From assembly GCA_964597145.1 (NCBI GenBank), contig CAZQWH010000003.1:57113-81478 (forward strand): a stretch of DNA of 24,366 nucleotides, read 5' to 3'. Below, piece after piece: positions 23,795-24,366 of this stretch. Under the pieces are notes generated by a model. The model did no database searches, was not told the DNA's origin, and worked only from the letters and a program-made list of their open reading frames with translations. Source of the DNA: an uncultured Candidatus Saccharibacteria bacterium (GTDB lineage Bacteria; Patescibacteriota; CAZHWT01). The translations under genes and the position numbers were made by a program. Within the stretch, counting starts at the first letter, position 1, and each line of letters starts with the position of its first letter.

Positions 23795-24366
23795 AAATCG
23801 CAGATTCAGTCAAACTGGCTCAAACAAATTTATTACGATCCAAGCTTCGTACATCACTAACCATAATAGCGGTATTTATTGGCGCTCTAACCATTTCTCT
23901 AACCAATGGCGTCAGCAATGGGGTAAAAGCCTATATCGATGACCAACTTGGCAATATTGGCGCCGAAGATACTTTAATTATCCAGGCCAAAATGGATGAG
24001 TCGGCTGCCGGATTTGGTTCAGACAAAGTTTCAGAATATGACCCAAATAAAAACACCGGGGCATTCAATATTGCGACACTGAATAATCGAGATGTAGAGA
24101 AAATTGCCGAGGTAGAAGGACTAAGCCAAGTTTCTCCAGAATTAATGCCAACAGTAGAGTATGTCACCAGGGGCGGCAAAAAATATACCACCGCTATCCA
24201 GGAGTATCCAGCAGGATTAAAGGTGCAATTATCGGCTGGTAGAACGGTCAAAACTGAGGCCCCAGACCAAGTCATGATTCCTACCAATTATCTTGATCCT
24301 TTAGGCTTCGACTCGGCTCAAGCCGCAATTGGTAAATTAGTCACATTTGGCATAAAAAATCCGTCT
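23791..24366 (+). CDS. ABC transporter permease, FtsX/MacB-like (3' end truncated by window)
   Basis: ATG overlaps the ATPase stop (ATGA); N-terminal TM helix then large periplasmic domain typical of MacB-type permeases; open to window end. Confidence 0.7.
   Translation, partial: MKIADSVKLAQTNLLRSKLRTSLTIIAVFIGALTISLTNGVSNGVKAYIDDQLGNIGAEDTLIIQAKMDESAAGFGSDKVSEYDPNKNTGAFNIATLNNRDVEKIAEVEGLSQVSPELMPTVEYVTRGGKKYTTAIQEYPAGLKVQLSAGRTVKTEAPDQVMIPTNYLDPLGFDSAQAAIGKLVTFGIKNPS

Noticed and set aside
22652-24287. Minus-strand ORFs 22652-22852, 22942-23328, 23383-23697, 23931-24287
   Set aside because: Antisense to the MBL, ABC ATPase and FtsX permease genes. The 22942-23328 ORF also overlaps the ABC gene promoter and start.
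1-24366. Presence of an integrase/recombinase gene to explain the att-like repeats
   Set aside because: No ORF in the window shows tyrosine- or serine-recombinase motifs. The responsible enzyme, if any, must lie outside the window.

Overview
The window is bacterial: strong Shine-Dalgarno sites, canonical TTGACA-N17-TATAAT promoters and many rho-independent terminators. It is AT-rich overall with several GC-rich inserts, so it reads as mosaic accessory DNA.

Layout, left to right:
- 1-360: the truncated 3' end of a tRNA gene, followed by two further direct copies of its last ~23 nt (likely att remnants).
- 361-3289 (+): a co-directional cluster of four different nucleotide-processing enzyme families (NUDIX, nucleoside 2-deoxyribosyltransferase-like, calcineurin-like metallophosphoesterase, HD-domain 5'-deoxynucleotidase-like).
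- 3480-4382 (-): an SPFH/band-7 protein, followed on the + strand by a small membrane-anchored protein, a GC-rich two-HTH protein, a LiaF-like membrane protein and a second, NudC-like NUDIX with an N-terminal zinc ribbon.
- 7515-7592: an intact tRNA-His with encoded G-1 and CCA, plus a duplicated 5' fragment upstream.
- 7600-11760: the most unusual part. Decayed copies of the tRNA-His 3' end recur at least five times. Each interval holds one small self-contained gene (own promoter, RBS, terminator) and no integrase, resembling tandem accretion of cis-mobilizable cassettes.
- Further right: a GC-rich flotillin-like gene, a very acidic small protein, a cold-shock-domain protein, a GH13 alpha-glucan enzyme, a PIG-L/LmbE deacetylase operon, a metallo-beta-lactamase-fold gene broken by two compensating homopolymer frameshifts, and a MacB/FtsX-type ABC transporter.

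Cross-cutting observations:
- Eight promoters across the window share an unusually conserved spacer (CCTATAGCATGA, containing the palindrome CTATAG), and at least two more carry partial versions.
- Two long palindromic elements with inverted asymmetric cores flank a 2.6 kb segment.
- There are several perfect palindromes, a structured repeat family, and a candidate small RNA.
- No CRISPR array, rRNA or recombinase gene is visible in the window.
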